Shown: one piece after another, positions 25,023-33,797 of the stretch
Layout: each line of letters starts with the position of its first letter
How positions within the stretch are numbered: position 1 is the stretch's first letter
Made by a program: the position numbers and the translations under genes
IMG/VR virus record: IMGVR_UViG_3300031578_000150
Span: 1 to 38,407 of that record
Strand: one strand, 5' to 3'
Length of the DNA stretch: 38,407 nucleotides
DNA from: a virus
Taxonomy: Duplodnaviria; Caudoviricetes
The notes under the pieces: model-generated
Seen by the model: the letters and a program-made list of their open reading frames with translations, nothing else
Database searches by the model: none
What the model was told of the DNA's origin: nothing

Positions 25023-25817
25023 ATGGAACAGTCCGAGGTCGTAAGATTCGAGCTGAACATCGAAAAGGCCATCGCCGAGGACGGCCAGCGTGTTATTTAT
25101 TTGCACGCGCATACCGAGAAACCGGACCTCCAGGAAGAGACTATCGCCACGAACGCTTTAAGGGAATCGTCCGATTACTTCCTTCAAAACGGCTTCCTTG
25201 ACTACCATCACGCGGGGGAACGCAACAAGGACGTTCCCGACCCGAAGGACATCATCGGATACCCTCTGGAATTAAAGTTCCGGGGGAACGATGCCTACGT
25301 GAGGGCGGTCTTGCACCAGGGCGACAAGCTCGCGGACGACCTCTGGGATGGGCTGCACTGCAATCCACCCAAGCGGTTCAGAGCCTCTATCGCGGGCAAG
25401 CGCATCAAGACCTTCCAGAAGGAGAATGGTGTCTACACTACAAAAATCATCTGGACCTCACTCGCGGTAACTCCAAGTCCGGTAAACTCGGACACAAACA
25501 TTTCAGCCACAGACAGCTTCTCCGCTTTTCTCAAGGCCCTTTCTTCATCTGCGGAAACCGATTTAGCCCAGGTGAAGGGGGGCCAGGCATTGTCCGGTGT
25601 CGAGGAACACGATGAGCCCGCGCGGATTATTGCCAAGGACTGCGGCTCCTGGTGCGACGAGAGCGGCGCATTCAAGAAGGGGCTGCAAAAGAAGGACATC
25701 GTAACTTACGTCACCCGCTACTTAGGTTTGGGTGGTGAGAAGGCCAAATCGGCGTGTAAGACGCTTTGGCTGGCTTACAACCCGACCACAGGCGCGAAAG
25801 GTAGGGATAATGCCTGA
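25023..25817 (+). CDS. Prohead protease (HK97/SPO1-Twort fold)
   Basis: TEKPDLQEE, GFLDYHH, IIGYP, ASIAG (catalytic Ser candidate), LAVTPSPVN; upstream of scaffold and capsid. Confidence 0.88.
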   Translation: MEQSEVVRFELNIEKAIAEDGQRVIYLHAHTEKPDLQEETIATNALRESSDYFLQNGFLDYHHAGERNKDVPDPKDIIGYPLELKFRGNDAYVRAVLHQGDKLADDLWDGLHCNPPKRFRASIAGKRIKTFQKENGVYTTKIIWTSLAVTPSPVNSDTNISATDSFSAFLKALSSSAETDLAQVKGGQALSGVEEHDEPARIIAKDCGSWCDESGAFKKGLQKKDIVTYVTRYLGLGGEKAKSACKTLWLAYNPTTGAKGRDNA

Positions 25818-26583
25818 GAAAAACGACGGTCTCTCGGAGCTCGAGCAGGACTTGTTCAAGAGCCTTGACGAGCTGAACGAGGACATAGACCGCAGCACCG
25901 AGGAGCTTGAGGAGCATCTGGACGACTTCGACCCCGACGGTTTCCTGAAGGGCGTCAGCCATGAGGACACCTGGGGCGAGGGAGACGACGAGGACGAAGA
26001 CTTCGACCTCGGCGAAGAGGGCGAGGGTGAAGAGGAGGAGGAAGAGGAAGAGGGAAAAAAGAAAAAGAAGCGTTCCAAGGTAAAAAAGGAGATGGGTGGT
26101 TGGAATTCCAGTTCGTCAACGGGCGGCATTGCCGAGGCCCGTATGGAAAAGGGTCTCCGGGTCAGGCCCGACCCTCGCCTCAAGAAAATCATGCAGAACC
26201 AAGTCGTCATGGGCCGGCTGCTGAAAAGCCTCTGCGAGACGGTCTCTCCGGGCATGAGGCAGATTGCCAACCTCGCCGACGCACAGGGGCTCAAGCCGAG
26301 AGGGGGGCAAGATACCGGCCGAATCGGCGGGCAGGTTAATCCCCCCACCGGTTTGCCCGAGGAAATTACGAAGGCCATTGTCGAGGTCTCCTTCATCGGC
26401 GACGACAAGCAACGCGAGGCGGCCATTGACCAAGCCTTCGCCAAGGGCCTGTTGCCTGCTGGCCTGACGGACCTCGGGGCCTCCGCCCTCTACCGTGAGG
26501 ACAAGGCTGAGTTCGTTAAAACCGTTGCTCCCGTACTCGTCCAGATGCACCGCGATGCCAAAGGGCAAGCGGACCCGAAGTAG
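25810..26583 (+). CDS. Scaffold-like acidic protein
   Basis: Lies between protease and MCP; long D/E run followed by KKKKKR; many hydrophobic-x-K-[SAG] sites. Confidence 0.7.
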   Translation: MPEKNDGLSELEQDLFKSLDELNEDIDRSTEELEEHLDDFDPDGFLKGVSHEDTWGEGDDEDEDFDLGEEGEGEEEEEEEEGKKKKKRSKVKKEMGGWNSSSSTGGIAEARMEKGLRVRPDPRLKKIMQNQVVMGRLLKSLCETVSPGMRQIANLADAQGLKPRGGQDTGRIGGQVNPPTGLPEEITKAIVEVSFIGDDKQREAAIDQAFAKGLLPAGLTDLGASALYREDKAEFVKTVAPVLVQMHRDAKGQADPK

Positions 26584-26633
26584 GGCGGGCATGGGTTTGA
26601 ATCTTCAACACATGAACTTTGAGAGGAGGGGCA

Positions 26634-28052
26634 ATGCCTCACGGGTATGACGCCCTCGGGGGACTCTTTCCGGGTCTCGACATGGAAGACGCGGAGTCCC
26701 TGCAAACTTTGGCGAAGGCCCTTTACGCCGGCGCGGAAACCGACCTTTCGACTCTGGCTGGCGGCCAGGCGTTCGCCACAGTGGACATCTCGGCCAACAT
26801 GGCGCGGGTTGTCCAGAGAAAGAAAGACCACTTCTGGATGTGGGACGGCATCCAGAAGATTCCGATGAAGAACATCATCACCTACTGGCCGGAGCAAACC
26901 GGTGTGGGTTCCAAACAGGGACTCTTCACCGGCCAGGACGCTCTCGCGCAGCAATCGTCCGGCACCTACGGACTCAAGAACGCCGTCGCCAAGATGATGA
27001 GCACGAGGCGCGACGTTACCTACGTCAAGAGCATCGAGTCCAACGTCGGCAACATCCAAGCCGTAGCCGAGGAAGAGGCCAACGGGATTCTGGAAATCCT
27101 GACCGAAGTGAGCCGTGGGCTCTATTTCGCCGATGAGGCGATAAACGACTACGAGTTCAACGGTCTCCATTCGGTGATGGCAAGCCGCGCGCCCAACAAC
27201 ATCATAGACTGCGAGGGCGACTATCCCACGATTGACAAGATTCGGGAAGCCTCGCAGGTCATCTCCTCCTGGGGCGCCTTCGGCAAGCCGACCGACATGG
27301 CGGTCTGCCTCACCACGAAGAGCCTGATGAACCGCTACCTCGACCCGGCCGTCCGTTGGACCGTGGACAACAACCCGCAGTATATGGTTCTGGGCTCGGA
27401 CGTGAGCGCGATTCAGACGGCCTTCGGGGCGGTCAAAGTCAAGTACGACCTGCACCTGCGTCCGTTCTGCCGCTCCGAGACCGGCGCCCCGGCTGGCGAC
27501 AAAACCACGAACCCGGCGCCGCCCACGTCAGTCACGGGGACACCGGGCGGAAGCGATGGGGACATCCCGGCCGGTGACTACTACTACCGCGTCGAGTCCT
27601 ACAATCACCGGGGATACTCCACGTCCACCGCGTCCGCATCCATCACCGTCACCGCCGGCCAGCACGTAAGCCTCGCCATCGTGGCGAGTGCCGAAGACTC
27701 CGAGACTGGCTACATCATCTACCGGTCGAAGACCGACGGGACGGCAACGGCCGCCGACATGCGCTTCGTCACCCGCGTCGCCAAGACAGCCGGCGGGACC
27801 ACCACCTACGTTGACATCAACCAGTACCGCCCCGGCTGCATCAGCGCGTTCATGTTCTCGATGACCCCGGGTGAGCAGAGCTTGGAGTTCGGGCAATACA
27901 TCCCGATTTCCAAGTTCAACCTCTATCCGGCTGCGTCGGCCGTGATTCCGTTCCTGGAGATGCTGATGGGTACGCCCATAGTGAAATATCCCACCAGGAA
28001 CATCGAGTTCAAGAACACCCCCTACGACGCCGCGTGGCTCGGGCTCACCTAA
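26634..28052 (+). CDS. Major capsid protein (SPO1/Twort-like) with FN3/Ig-like insertion
   Basis: RBS GAGGAGG; N-terminal LAKALYAG..TD.....GGQAF, E..LYFAD, EFNGL, FGKPTD; PAPPTSVT...YYYRV..YN..GYS insertion. Confidence 0.92.
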   Translation: MPHGYDALGGLFPGLDMEDAESLQTLAKALYAGAETDLSTLAGGQAFATVDISANMARVVQRKKDHFWMWDGIQKIPMKNIITYWPEQTGVGSKQGLFTGQDALAQQSSGTYGLKNAVAKMMSTRRDVTYVKSIESNVGNIQAVAEEEANGILEILTEVSRGLYFADEAINDYEFNGLHSVMASRAPNNIIDCEGDYPTIDKIREASQVISSWGAFGKPTDMAVCLTTKSLMNRYLDPAVRWTVDNNPQYMVLGSDVSAIQTAFGAVKVKYDLHLRPFCRSETGAPAGDKTTNPAPPTSVTGTPGGSDGDIPAGDYYYRVESYNHRGYSTSTASASITVTAGQHVSLAIVASAEDSETGYIIYRSKTDGTATAADMRFVTRVAKTAGGTTTYVDINQYRPGCISAFMFSMTPGEQSLEFGQYIPISKFNLYPAASAVIPFLEMLMGTPIVKYPTRNIEFKNTPYDAAWLGLT

Positions 28053-28065
28053 CCTTGAGTGAAAA

Positions 28066-28095
28066 CCCCGGCCCGGCCTTGTAACCGGGCCGGGG
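28066..28095. terminator. Perfect 11-bp GC hairpin after the MCP gene
   Basis: CCCCGGCCCGG-CCTTGTAA-CCGGGCCGGGG. No U-tract on the plus strand, so it may be an attenuating or stabilising stem. Confidence 0.6.
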
Positions 28096-28117
28096 ATAGG
28101 AACCGAAAGGACAAAAC

Positions 28118-28564
28118 ATGACAAGGTTAAGGGTCCGAAACAAGAAGCCGGACGAAACGACGCTCGTTACCTACAAAGAGGAAGGGGCTGAGAAACAGTA
28201 TCTCGTCACCTTCGAGGCAAGCGATGAACCCGGCATCTGCACGGTATCCGTGCCCGAGGTCGTGGCTTGTGCGCTTCTTCAGGGTTCGCTCTACACACGG
28301 ATGGAACAAACACAGAAGGGCGCAAAGCCACAGGAAGGCAAGGGACCAAAGGTTGCTGGTGCCAAAGTGGAGGGCGGGGTCGAGGACGAATTGACCCAAC
28401 TTCACGGTGTAGGCCCGAAAATCGCTCAGAAGCTACGCGACGCCGGGTTCTGTTCCATAGCGGAACTGGCGGAGGCCCAAGTGAACGTGCTGGTTCAAGA
28501 CTGCGACCTGAGCGAAACTTTCGCGGAAAAACTGGTCGCAACCGCAAAGGAAATGCTGTCATAG
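28118..28564 (+). CDS. Protein with C-terminal helix-hairpin-helix domain
   Basis: LTQLHGVGPKIAQKLRDAGF.SI.ELA.A. Confidence 0.8.
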   Translation: MTRLRVRNKKPDETTLVTYKEEGAEKQYLVTFEASDEPGICTVSVPEVVACALLQGSLYTRMEQTQKGAKPQEGKGPKVAGAKVEGGVEDELTQLHGVGPKIAQKLRDAGFCSIAELAEAQVNVLVQDCDLSETFAEKLVATAKEMLS

Positions 28565-28596
28565 GGACAGCTCAACACTTTCTTCCGGGAGGATAA

Positions 28597-28953
28597 ATGG
28601 ACTTCAACGCGCAAATCCCGCCCACGACCGCACGGGACGCCCAGGTGGCCGATGTGGTCGCCGAGGGTGTTGTCGAAGGCGGCGGCGTGCTCGGCTCCGC
28701 CGGTCGCGTGACCACCCTCAAGCTGAACATGATAAAGTGCGTCGAACTGGAGTGCGGCGGTTCGGGGACCACGACGGCGGTTTTATTCGCAGACCTTGAC
28801 CTGCCCGACATGCTGGACACCGACTTCTTCGTGGTTGGGGGAGCCGCAGTCGCCACGATTTCCTCGAAAGCGACGACCGGCTTCACCTTCGCTCACACTT
28901 CCAGTGCGACCGCGAAGTTCGACGTAGCTATCATCGGCAACTGGGACGAGTAG
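28597..28953 (+). CDS. Putative capsid decoration/fibre protein, paralog A
   Basis: RBS GGAGG; small Thr/Gly/Ala-rich protein, paralogous to the next gene. Confidence 0.7.
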   Translation: MDFNAQIPPTTARDAQVADVVAEGVVEGGGVLGSAGRVTTLKLNMIKCVELECGGSGTTTAVLFADLDLPDMLDTDFFVVGGAAVATISSKATTGFTFAHTSSATAKFDVAIIGNWDE

Positions 28954-28987
28954 GTCTCCTAAACTTTACACAGAGAGGAGGCCGTAA

Positions 28988-29341
28988 TTGGCTTTCAACA
29001 CGCAAATCCCCGTGGAGCGGTTTGCCGCGATTGTCGGGCGGACGCTTGCGACCGGCCCGCAGGAGGACGGCACGAAGCTCACGGACGACCTGTACGCGAT
29101 GGCCCTGAAACTCAACATGGAGAAGGCCGTCACGTTGACCTGCGATGGAGCCGGAACTTCAACCGACATTCTGTTCGACACCCTTGATTTGCCCGACATG
29201 CTGGACACCGACTTCTTGGTCATTGGCCTGGCGGAAGCTAACGTCGTCTCATCCAAGGCGACAACGGGGTTCACTTTCGCACACGGAGACGGCGCGACGG
29301 AAACGATTGACGTGAAAATCGTCGGTAACTGGGCGGAGTAA
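28988..29341 (+). CDS. Putative capsid decoration/fibre protein, paralog B
   Basis: TTG start follows GAGGAG; shares FNxQIP, LKLNM, LDLPDMLDTDF, SKATTGFTFAH and GNW with paralog A. Confidence 0.7.
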   Translation: MAFNTQIPVERFAAIVGRTLATGPQEDGTKLTDDLYAMALKLNMEKAVTLTCDGAGTSTDILFDTLDLPDMLDTDFLVIGLAEANVVSSKATTGFTFAHGDGATETIDVKIVGNWAE

Positions 29342-29343
29342 AC

Positions 29344-29763
29344 ATGGGACTCAACCCCCCGGTATTCAAGCGGGCCGATGACGAGGATTTCCACGGCGGC
29401 TCATCGCCCGACATCAAAAGACAGCAGTATGACGCTATCCAGCGCGGAGCACTTCGCGTGATTGATGTTGGGGCGTCGGATGTCGAGCACTTCAACGGGA
29501 CAATTACCGACACGCCGGCCGAGGTTTCTTTCACCAGGCGAAGTTCGCACATCTACGTCTACAACTCTGATTCGACGCACGACCTGACCGTGAGCTTCGA
29601 TGGTGGAACGACCTACTTCACGCTCGCCCAGGGGTCGGACCGGCTCGACCTGCCGGTAGCGGTGGAATCCGTTTACCTGGCGGGGGATGCGCTAGGCACA
29701 GACTACCAAATCCTTGTCATCCTCGACCCGATTCCGCAGCGAGAGTCGGACCCGCCGGCCTAG
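29344..29763 (+). CDS. Small beta-rich putative virion protein
   Basis: Position in the structural operon; beta-strand pattern (IYVYN.D....L.VSFDG). Confidence 0.7.
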   Translation: MGLNPPVFKRADDEDFHGGSSPDIKRQQYDAIQRGALRVIDVGASDVEHFNGTITDTPAEVSFTRRSSHIYVYNSDSTHDLTVSFDGGTTYFTLAQGSDRLDLPVAVESVYLAGDALGTDYQILVILDPIPQRESDPPA

Positions 29764-29818
29764 CAGGCCGTCGGTAGCCGCTGAAACCGAAAGTGGCGGG
29801 GGGCGCCTTCCGCCCCCC
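29752..29818. other. Cluster of GC-rich hairpins between head and neck genes
   Basis: CCGCCGGCC-TAGCA-GGCCGTCGG (29752-29774) and GGGGGGCG-CCTTC-CGCCCCCC (29798-29818). Confidence 0.45.
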
Positions 29819-29837
29819 TCACAGCATAAGGGCTGAC

Positions 29838-30626
29838 ATGACACTAAAAAGCGGCCTTACAGCAGACATCATCCGCTCTCGGTATTTGTCCGCCATACCC
29901 AATGTGACTTCCGTGCTCGAAAATGAGGACATTGAGTTTTTCATCCAATCGGCGGAGTCCTTTATAGAAGCGCAGTTCCATACGTTGTTGGTTTCCGGGC
30001 GCGTCATAACCGACGATTCAATCTTTTCTGGCGCATACGATAAGATGGACGAGCCCTACGACCTCGAACCGCGAGAGGTTCAAGGCTGGTTTTTCATTCA
30101 GCTTCGATACCAGCCGATTCTTGCCATCAACTCGTTGAAGTTGCTCAACCCTTACGATAACACCGTAATCTATACGGCGGACTCCAACCAACTTCGGCTC
30201 AAGAAGCAGATGGGCGGCGTTCAGATTGCCCCGTTCTTCTTTAACGTCGGCATGGCCTTTGCCGAGACGGGCGGTGTGACGCCGTTCCCATTCATCTTTG
30301 GCGGAAGCCACGACGACCGGCTACTCAATACTCTTCCAAACTGTTTCCAAATTGACTACCAGGTCGGCTGGGAAACGGTTGACAAGATTCCGACCGAGAT
30401 TGTGGACCTCATCGGCCGCAAGACCGCGATGGAGATTCTGGTCAACCTGAGTCCGGGCGCGAATGAAAACTTTGCCTCCAGCTACAGCACATCGGTTGAC
30501 GGTGTGAGCGAGTCGGTTTCCACCGGCGGGTTCGAGCGCATCATAGACATGCACAAAAAGCTACTGGATGAACTGATAGAGCAATGCAGGTTCCGCTACT
30601 TCCCGATAGAAATGGCGATTCTTTAA
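29838..30626 (+). CDS. Head-tail adaptor (neck protein)
   Basis: FIQSAESFIE, FIQLRYQPI, IDYQVG, SYSTSVDGVSES motifs typical of myovirus adaptors; ATG at 29838. Confidence 0.8.
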   Translation: MTLKSGLTADIIRSRYLSAIPNVTSVLENEDIEFFIQSAESFIEAQFHTLLVSGRVITDDSIFSGAYDKMDEPYDLEPREVQGWFFIQLRYQPILAINSLKLLNPYDNTVIYTADSNQLRLKKQMGGVQIAPFFFNVGMAFAETGGVTPFPFIFGGSHDDRLLNTLPNCFQIDYQVGWETVDKIPTEIVDLIGRKTAMEILVNLSPGANENFASSYSTSVDGVSESVSTGGFERIIDMHKKLLDELIEQCRFRYFPIEMAIL

Positions 30627-31264
30627 TGGTTTTCTTTCACCCCAGCCACAACGTAGAACGGCTTGACTCGTTCATCAACGTGCGGGGGGAGACCATTACG
30701 TTCTATCCCGGCCGAGCCTGTGACTGCGTGGCGCATGGACATCCGAGCCCGGCTTGCCCCTACTGCTTCGGCACCGGCTTCGCCATCGGCACGGGAGCGG
30801 AGACGACCTTCCTGATTACGGGCGTCAAGAGCCACTTAAAGTTTGTGGAGGCGGGGATTTTGGAGGCTGGCGACCTCGTGGCGACCGTGGCAACAGACAA
30901 CACTTACCTCGAAATTGTAAAGCCGGGAGACCGCCTCAAATTGAATCTGAGGCGCGAAACCCGCGAGGAGGTAATAGCCAGGGGTTCCGCCGAAAAGGAC
31001 GTTCTCCGTGAGCCTCACGTCGTCTCGGTGGATTCTATCGTGCAGGGAGCGACGACTTATGTTGAGGGCACGGACTATACGGTCTCGGGGAATGAGATAA
31101 CCTGGCTTCACGAGGAAGGCGAGCCGTTGGAGGGTTCTAACTACACCGTCACCTACAAATACAACCCGGTTTACGTGGTCTTCAGCGACCTTCCGTTCAC
31201 CCGGACCTCCAAGGGCGTCACGCTTCCCCGGCGTCTTGGGCTTAGAAGGCTGGAGTTGAGATGA
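30626..31264 (+). CDS. Head-closure / neck protein
   Basis: CDC......CPYCFGTG N-terminal zinc motif; Y..GTDYTV...ITW.....P..G..YTV.Y.Y.P.Y.V; TAATG overlap. Confidence 0.75.
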   Translation: MVFFHPSHNVERLDSFINVRGETITFYPGRACDCVAHGHPSPACPYCFGTGFAIGTGAETTFLITGVKSHLKFVEAGILEAGDLVATVATDNTYLEIVKPGDRLKLNLRRETREEVIARGSAEKDVLREPHVVSVDSIVQGATTYVEGTDYTVSGNEITWLHEEGEPLEGSNYTVTYKYNPVYVVFSDLPFTRTSKGVTLPRRLGLRRLELR

Positions 31265-31572
31265 CCGATGCAAGCGAGGGAAACGGTGGGTCTATAAAGG
31301 TTCGCGTTTCACATCTTGAGGGTCGTGCAGATAAAGCGGAGGAAAACGTGGAGGAACTTTGGAAAAGCTACAACGATGACCGTCTGTTTCGCGCTGAATG
31401 GCGCGGAAAACTGGACGGAACTCTTGAGGGCTTAAAAAAGGATATGGCAGACCTCGTGTTGAGTTTTGGCCGACGCAAAAGCGACCGGGTGAAAATCTGG
31501 GTTGCATTCATCGTGTCTGCGAGCGCCTTGGTAACGGCTCTATTGACGGCCCTGATTGGAAAGTTTAGCTGA
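31261..31572 (+). CDS. Coiled-coil protein with C-terminal TM helix (XhlA/holin-like architecture)
   Basis: RVSHLE coiled coil and hydrophobic IWVAFIVSASALVTALLTALIG. Confidence 0.6.
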   Translation: MTDASEGNGGSIKVRVSHLEGRADKAEENVEELWKSYNDDRLFRAEWRGKLDGTLEGLKKDMADLVLSFGRRKSDRVKIWVAFIVSASALVTALLTALIGKFS

Positions 31573-32456
31573 TGGACGCTCAAGGAAACCTCGACCTAAT
31601 AGTTGAGTTGGGCGCGCTAAAAAGCGCGGTCAATCTCGGAATGCAAATCGTCCGGCGAACCGGCGAGGATGTGCCGGAGATAACGGAACTCATGCCGGCC
31701 ATGCTGGACCGGTTGAGGGGACACATCATCGAATCGCTTGGTCAGAGCGGAATAAAATCATCTGGAACCGTCATCGAAGCCATTCAGAACGCGGAGACGG
31801 AATATGACCCCGCAGAACCTTTCATCGGTTATTTAATAATAAAGGGGGCGGCTGTCAGGGCCTTGGAGTTCGGCTCAAATCCCTTCGACATGAAGCCTGG
31901 ACTTCTGGCGGGACCAAAGGCAAGAACCGCGAAGGATGGGGGCCGGTACAACATAATCCGGTTCCGGCATGGTACGGAATCAACGGCGGGAACGGGAACA
32001 GGTCTTACGGGAGGCGCCTACACACCGAGGATGCCGACCGAGATAAAAAGGGCAGCGCAGGGAGCGGATGGCAGTTCAATCAGCCCGATGACGCCCTGGG
32101 GGCAGCGGTCGTCACTGAACATTCAACGGCTGGCGAGGGCGAACAAGGCGCAGTGGAAGGCCGCAACGGGACAGAAGATTTACAGGGGCCTTGGAACTAT
32201 TGCCAAGGGCTACACCTGGAAATCTTCGCCTTGGGCGGGACTGCGGCGAGAAGGAGAAGGGCATCACGCAAGTTACGCCACTTACCGGGCCGTGAGCGAT
32301 AAAAGCGACCCGTACAGTTGGATTCACCCAGGAACTACCGGAAAGCACTTTATCCACAGGGCGCTCGACGCCTTCCGGCCGGAAGCGGCCATGATGACCT
32401 CGATGGCGATTTCTGCGTTCTTCACCCGAATCACGGACCAGTATGGCGGTTCCTAA
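31572..32456 (+). CDS. Neck / tail-completion protein
   Basis: LEFG..PFDMKPGLL..K....GGRY.II.FRH and TYR.VSDKSDP.SWIHPG motifs of SPO1/Twort-like neck proteins. Confidence 0.75.
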   Translation: MDAQGNLDLIVELGALKSAVNLGMQIVRRTGEDVPEITELMPAMLDRLRGHIIESLGQSGIKSSGTVIEAIQNAETEYDPAEPFIGYLIIKGAAVRALEFGSNPFDMKPGLLAGPKARTAKDGGRYNIIRFRHGTESTAGTGTGLTGGAYTPRMPTEIKRAAQGADGSSISPMTPWGQRSSLNIQRLARANKAQWKAATGQKIYRGLGTIAKGYTWKSSPWAGLRREGEGHHASYATYRAVSDKSDPYSWIHPGTTGKHFIHRALDAFRPEAAMMTSMAISAFFTRITDQYGGS

Positions 32457-33372
32457 TCCACTACGGTCGTTGACCCTTGCTTCGCACCCCGACGGTGGCG
32501 CGATTACGGCGAGCTGGCAGTTGCCGGCCGACCGTACCAGCCTCATCGCGGTCAGGGTGGTCGGGAAAAAGACAGACGACATCTCGGGACCGGATGACCC
32601 GGACGCAGTTCTGCTTTACGACCGACCCGTGGAAGCCAGAGTACGCAAGGCCCCGCCGGAGTACGAGGGCTTTACGCTCGTCCATGAAGAGATGGGGCCG
32701 GATGATACGTGGTACATCGCGGCTTACACCTTCGGGTTATCCGGCACACCGCCCGCCGTAACGCGCGATTATGCGGTTGCGGTTGAGGGCAGCATTACCT
32801 TGGCGGCCACGGCGGCGCTCAAACATGCGTTCAACCTCAAGGTTGATACCATGCACGCCCTCAAATCTATCCTGCCGACCTTCTTTACCGCCCAGGGGTT
32901 GACCGCTCCGATTCTCATTTACGCCTTCCCGCCCCAGGACCAGGTGGATGCGAATGTCTACGTGCAGCGAACGGGTGGAAGCGAGATAGAACCCAAGTTG
33001 AACAAACACGCTGGATACACGCAAGACCCGGAAACGGGCAAGCTCTACGAGTTCTTCGAGCAGCGGGTTCAGTCGTCGGTTCGCATTTGTGTCCGCACCC
33101 CGAACATTGAAACCTACGAAAAGATGTTGATTGCCCTGACGGCGGCTGTGGCGGTCATCGCCAGTGAAGATGGCCTTTTGACCGCCCTCGGATACATGAT
33201 GCCGTCAATTCGCCAGGAGGCCGACCGGGTTCTCACCTCCTCGGACGAGGGAAAGTTTCAGTTTGAGGGCGGCGTAGTGCTGACCATGATGAACGCGCTT
33301 TACATCCGTCGGGATACAAGCCTGGAAACTTTAACTTACGCCCTCGGCGACGTTGAGCCGAGTTCAACATAG
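32443..33372 (+). CDS. Putative tail terminator protein with N-terminal FN3-like domain
   Basis: Position before the sheath; N-terminal ITASWQLP...WYIAAY pattern. Confidence 0.55.
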   Translation: MAVPNPLRSLTLASHPDGGAITASWQLPADRTSLIAVRVVGKKTDDISGPDDPDAVLLYDRPVEARVRKAPPEYEGFTLVHEEMGPDDTWYIAAYTFGLSGTPPAVTRDYAVAVEGSITLAATAALKHAFNLKVDTMHALKSILPTFFTAQGLTAPILIYAFPPQDQVDANVYVQRTGGSEIEPKLNKHAGYTQDPETGKLYEFFEQRVQSSVRICVRTPNIETYEKMLIALTAAVAVIASEDGLLTALGYMMPSIRQEADRVLTSSDEGKFQFEGGVVLTMMNALYIRRDTSLETLTYALGDVEPSST

Positions 33373-33380
33373 GAGTGAGC

Positions 33381-33794
33381 ATGGGAAAGAAAAAGGCCGC
33401 AGAGGGGCATCTGCAAGAGCCAGAGATGGCCGATGCGACAGAGCCGGAGACTGCCGTTGAGCCGGAGGAAGAAGAGGCGGAGCAGGAAGAGCCGGTCGCC
33501 AAAGTGGAACCGGCCACCTCAGCCGAACCCCGCATCTCCTTGCGCGAGTTCATCGGGACTTACGGCAAGAACACAAAAATCATGGCCCGGATAAAGGCCC
33601 TCAAGCTCATCATGGGAGTTGACTGGCTTTCCGCGAACAAGACAACGGCGGAGTGGCTTCGCTTTTGCGACATCGTGGGGGCGGCACCGGTCAACGAGAT
33701 TAAACTTTCCGAGTGGATAAAACTCGTCACCGATGGCGGCACGAAGGAGCAAAAAGCTCAATATGCCGGCATCCTCAAGCAACTGGAGGTGTAA
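33381..33794 (+). CDS. Hypothetical protein with acidic N-terminal region
   Basis: RBS AGGAG; directly before the sheath gene. Confidence 0.7.
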   Translation: MGKKKAAEGHLQEPEMADATEPETAVEPEEEEAEQEEPVAKVEPATSAEPRISLREFIGTYGKNTKIMARIKALKLIMGVDWLSANKTTAEWLRFCDIVGAAPVNEIKLSEWIKLVTDGGTKEQKAQYAGILKQLEV

Positions 33795-33797
33795 GAG

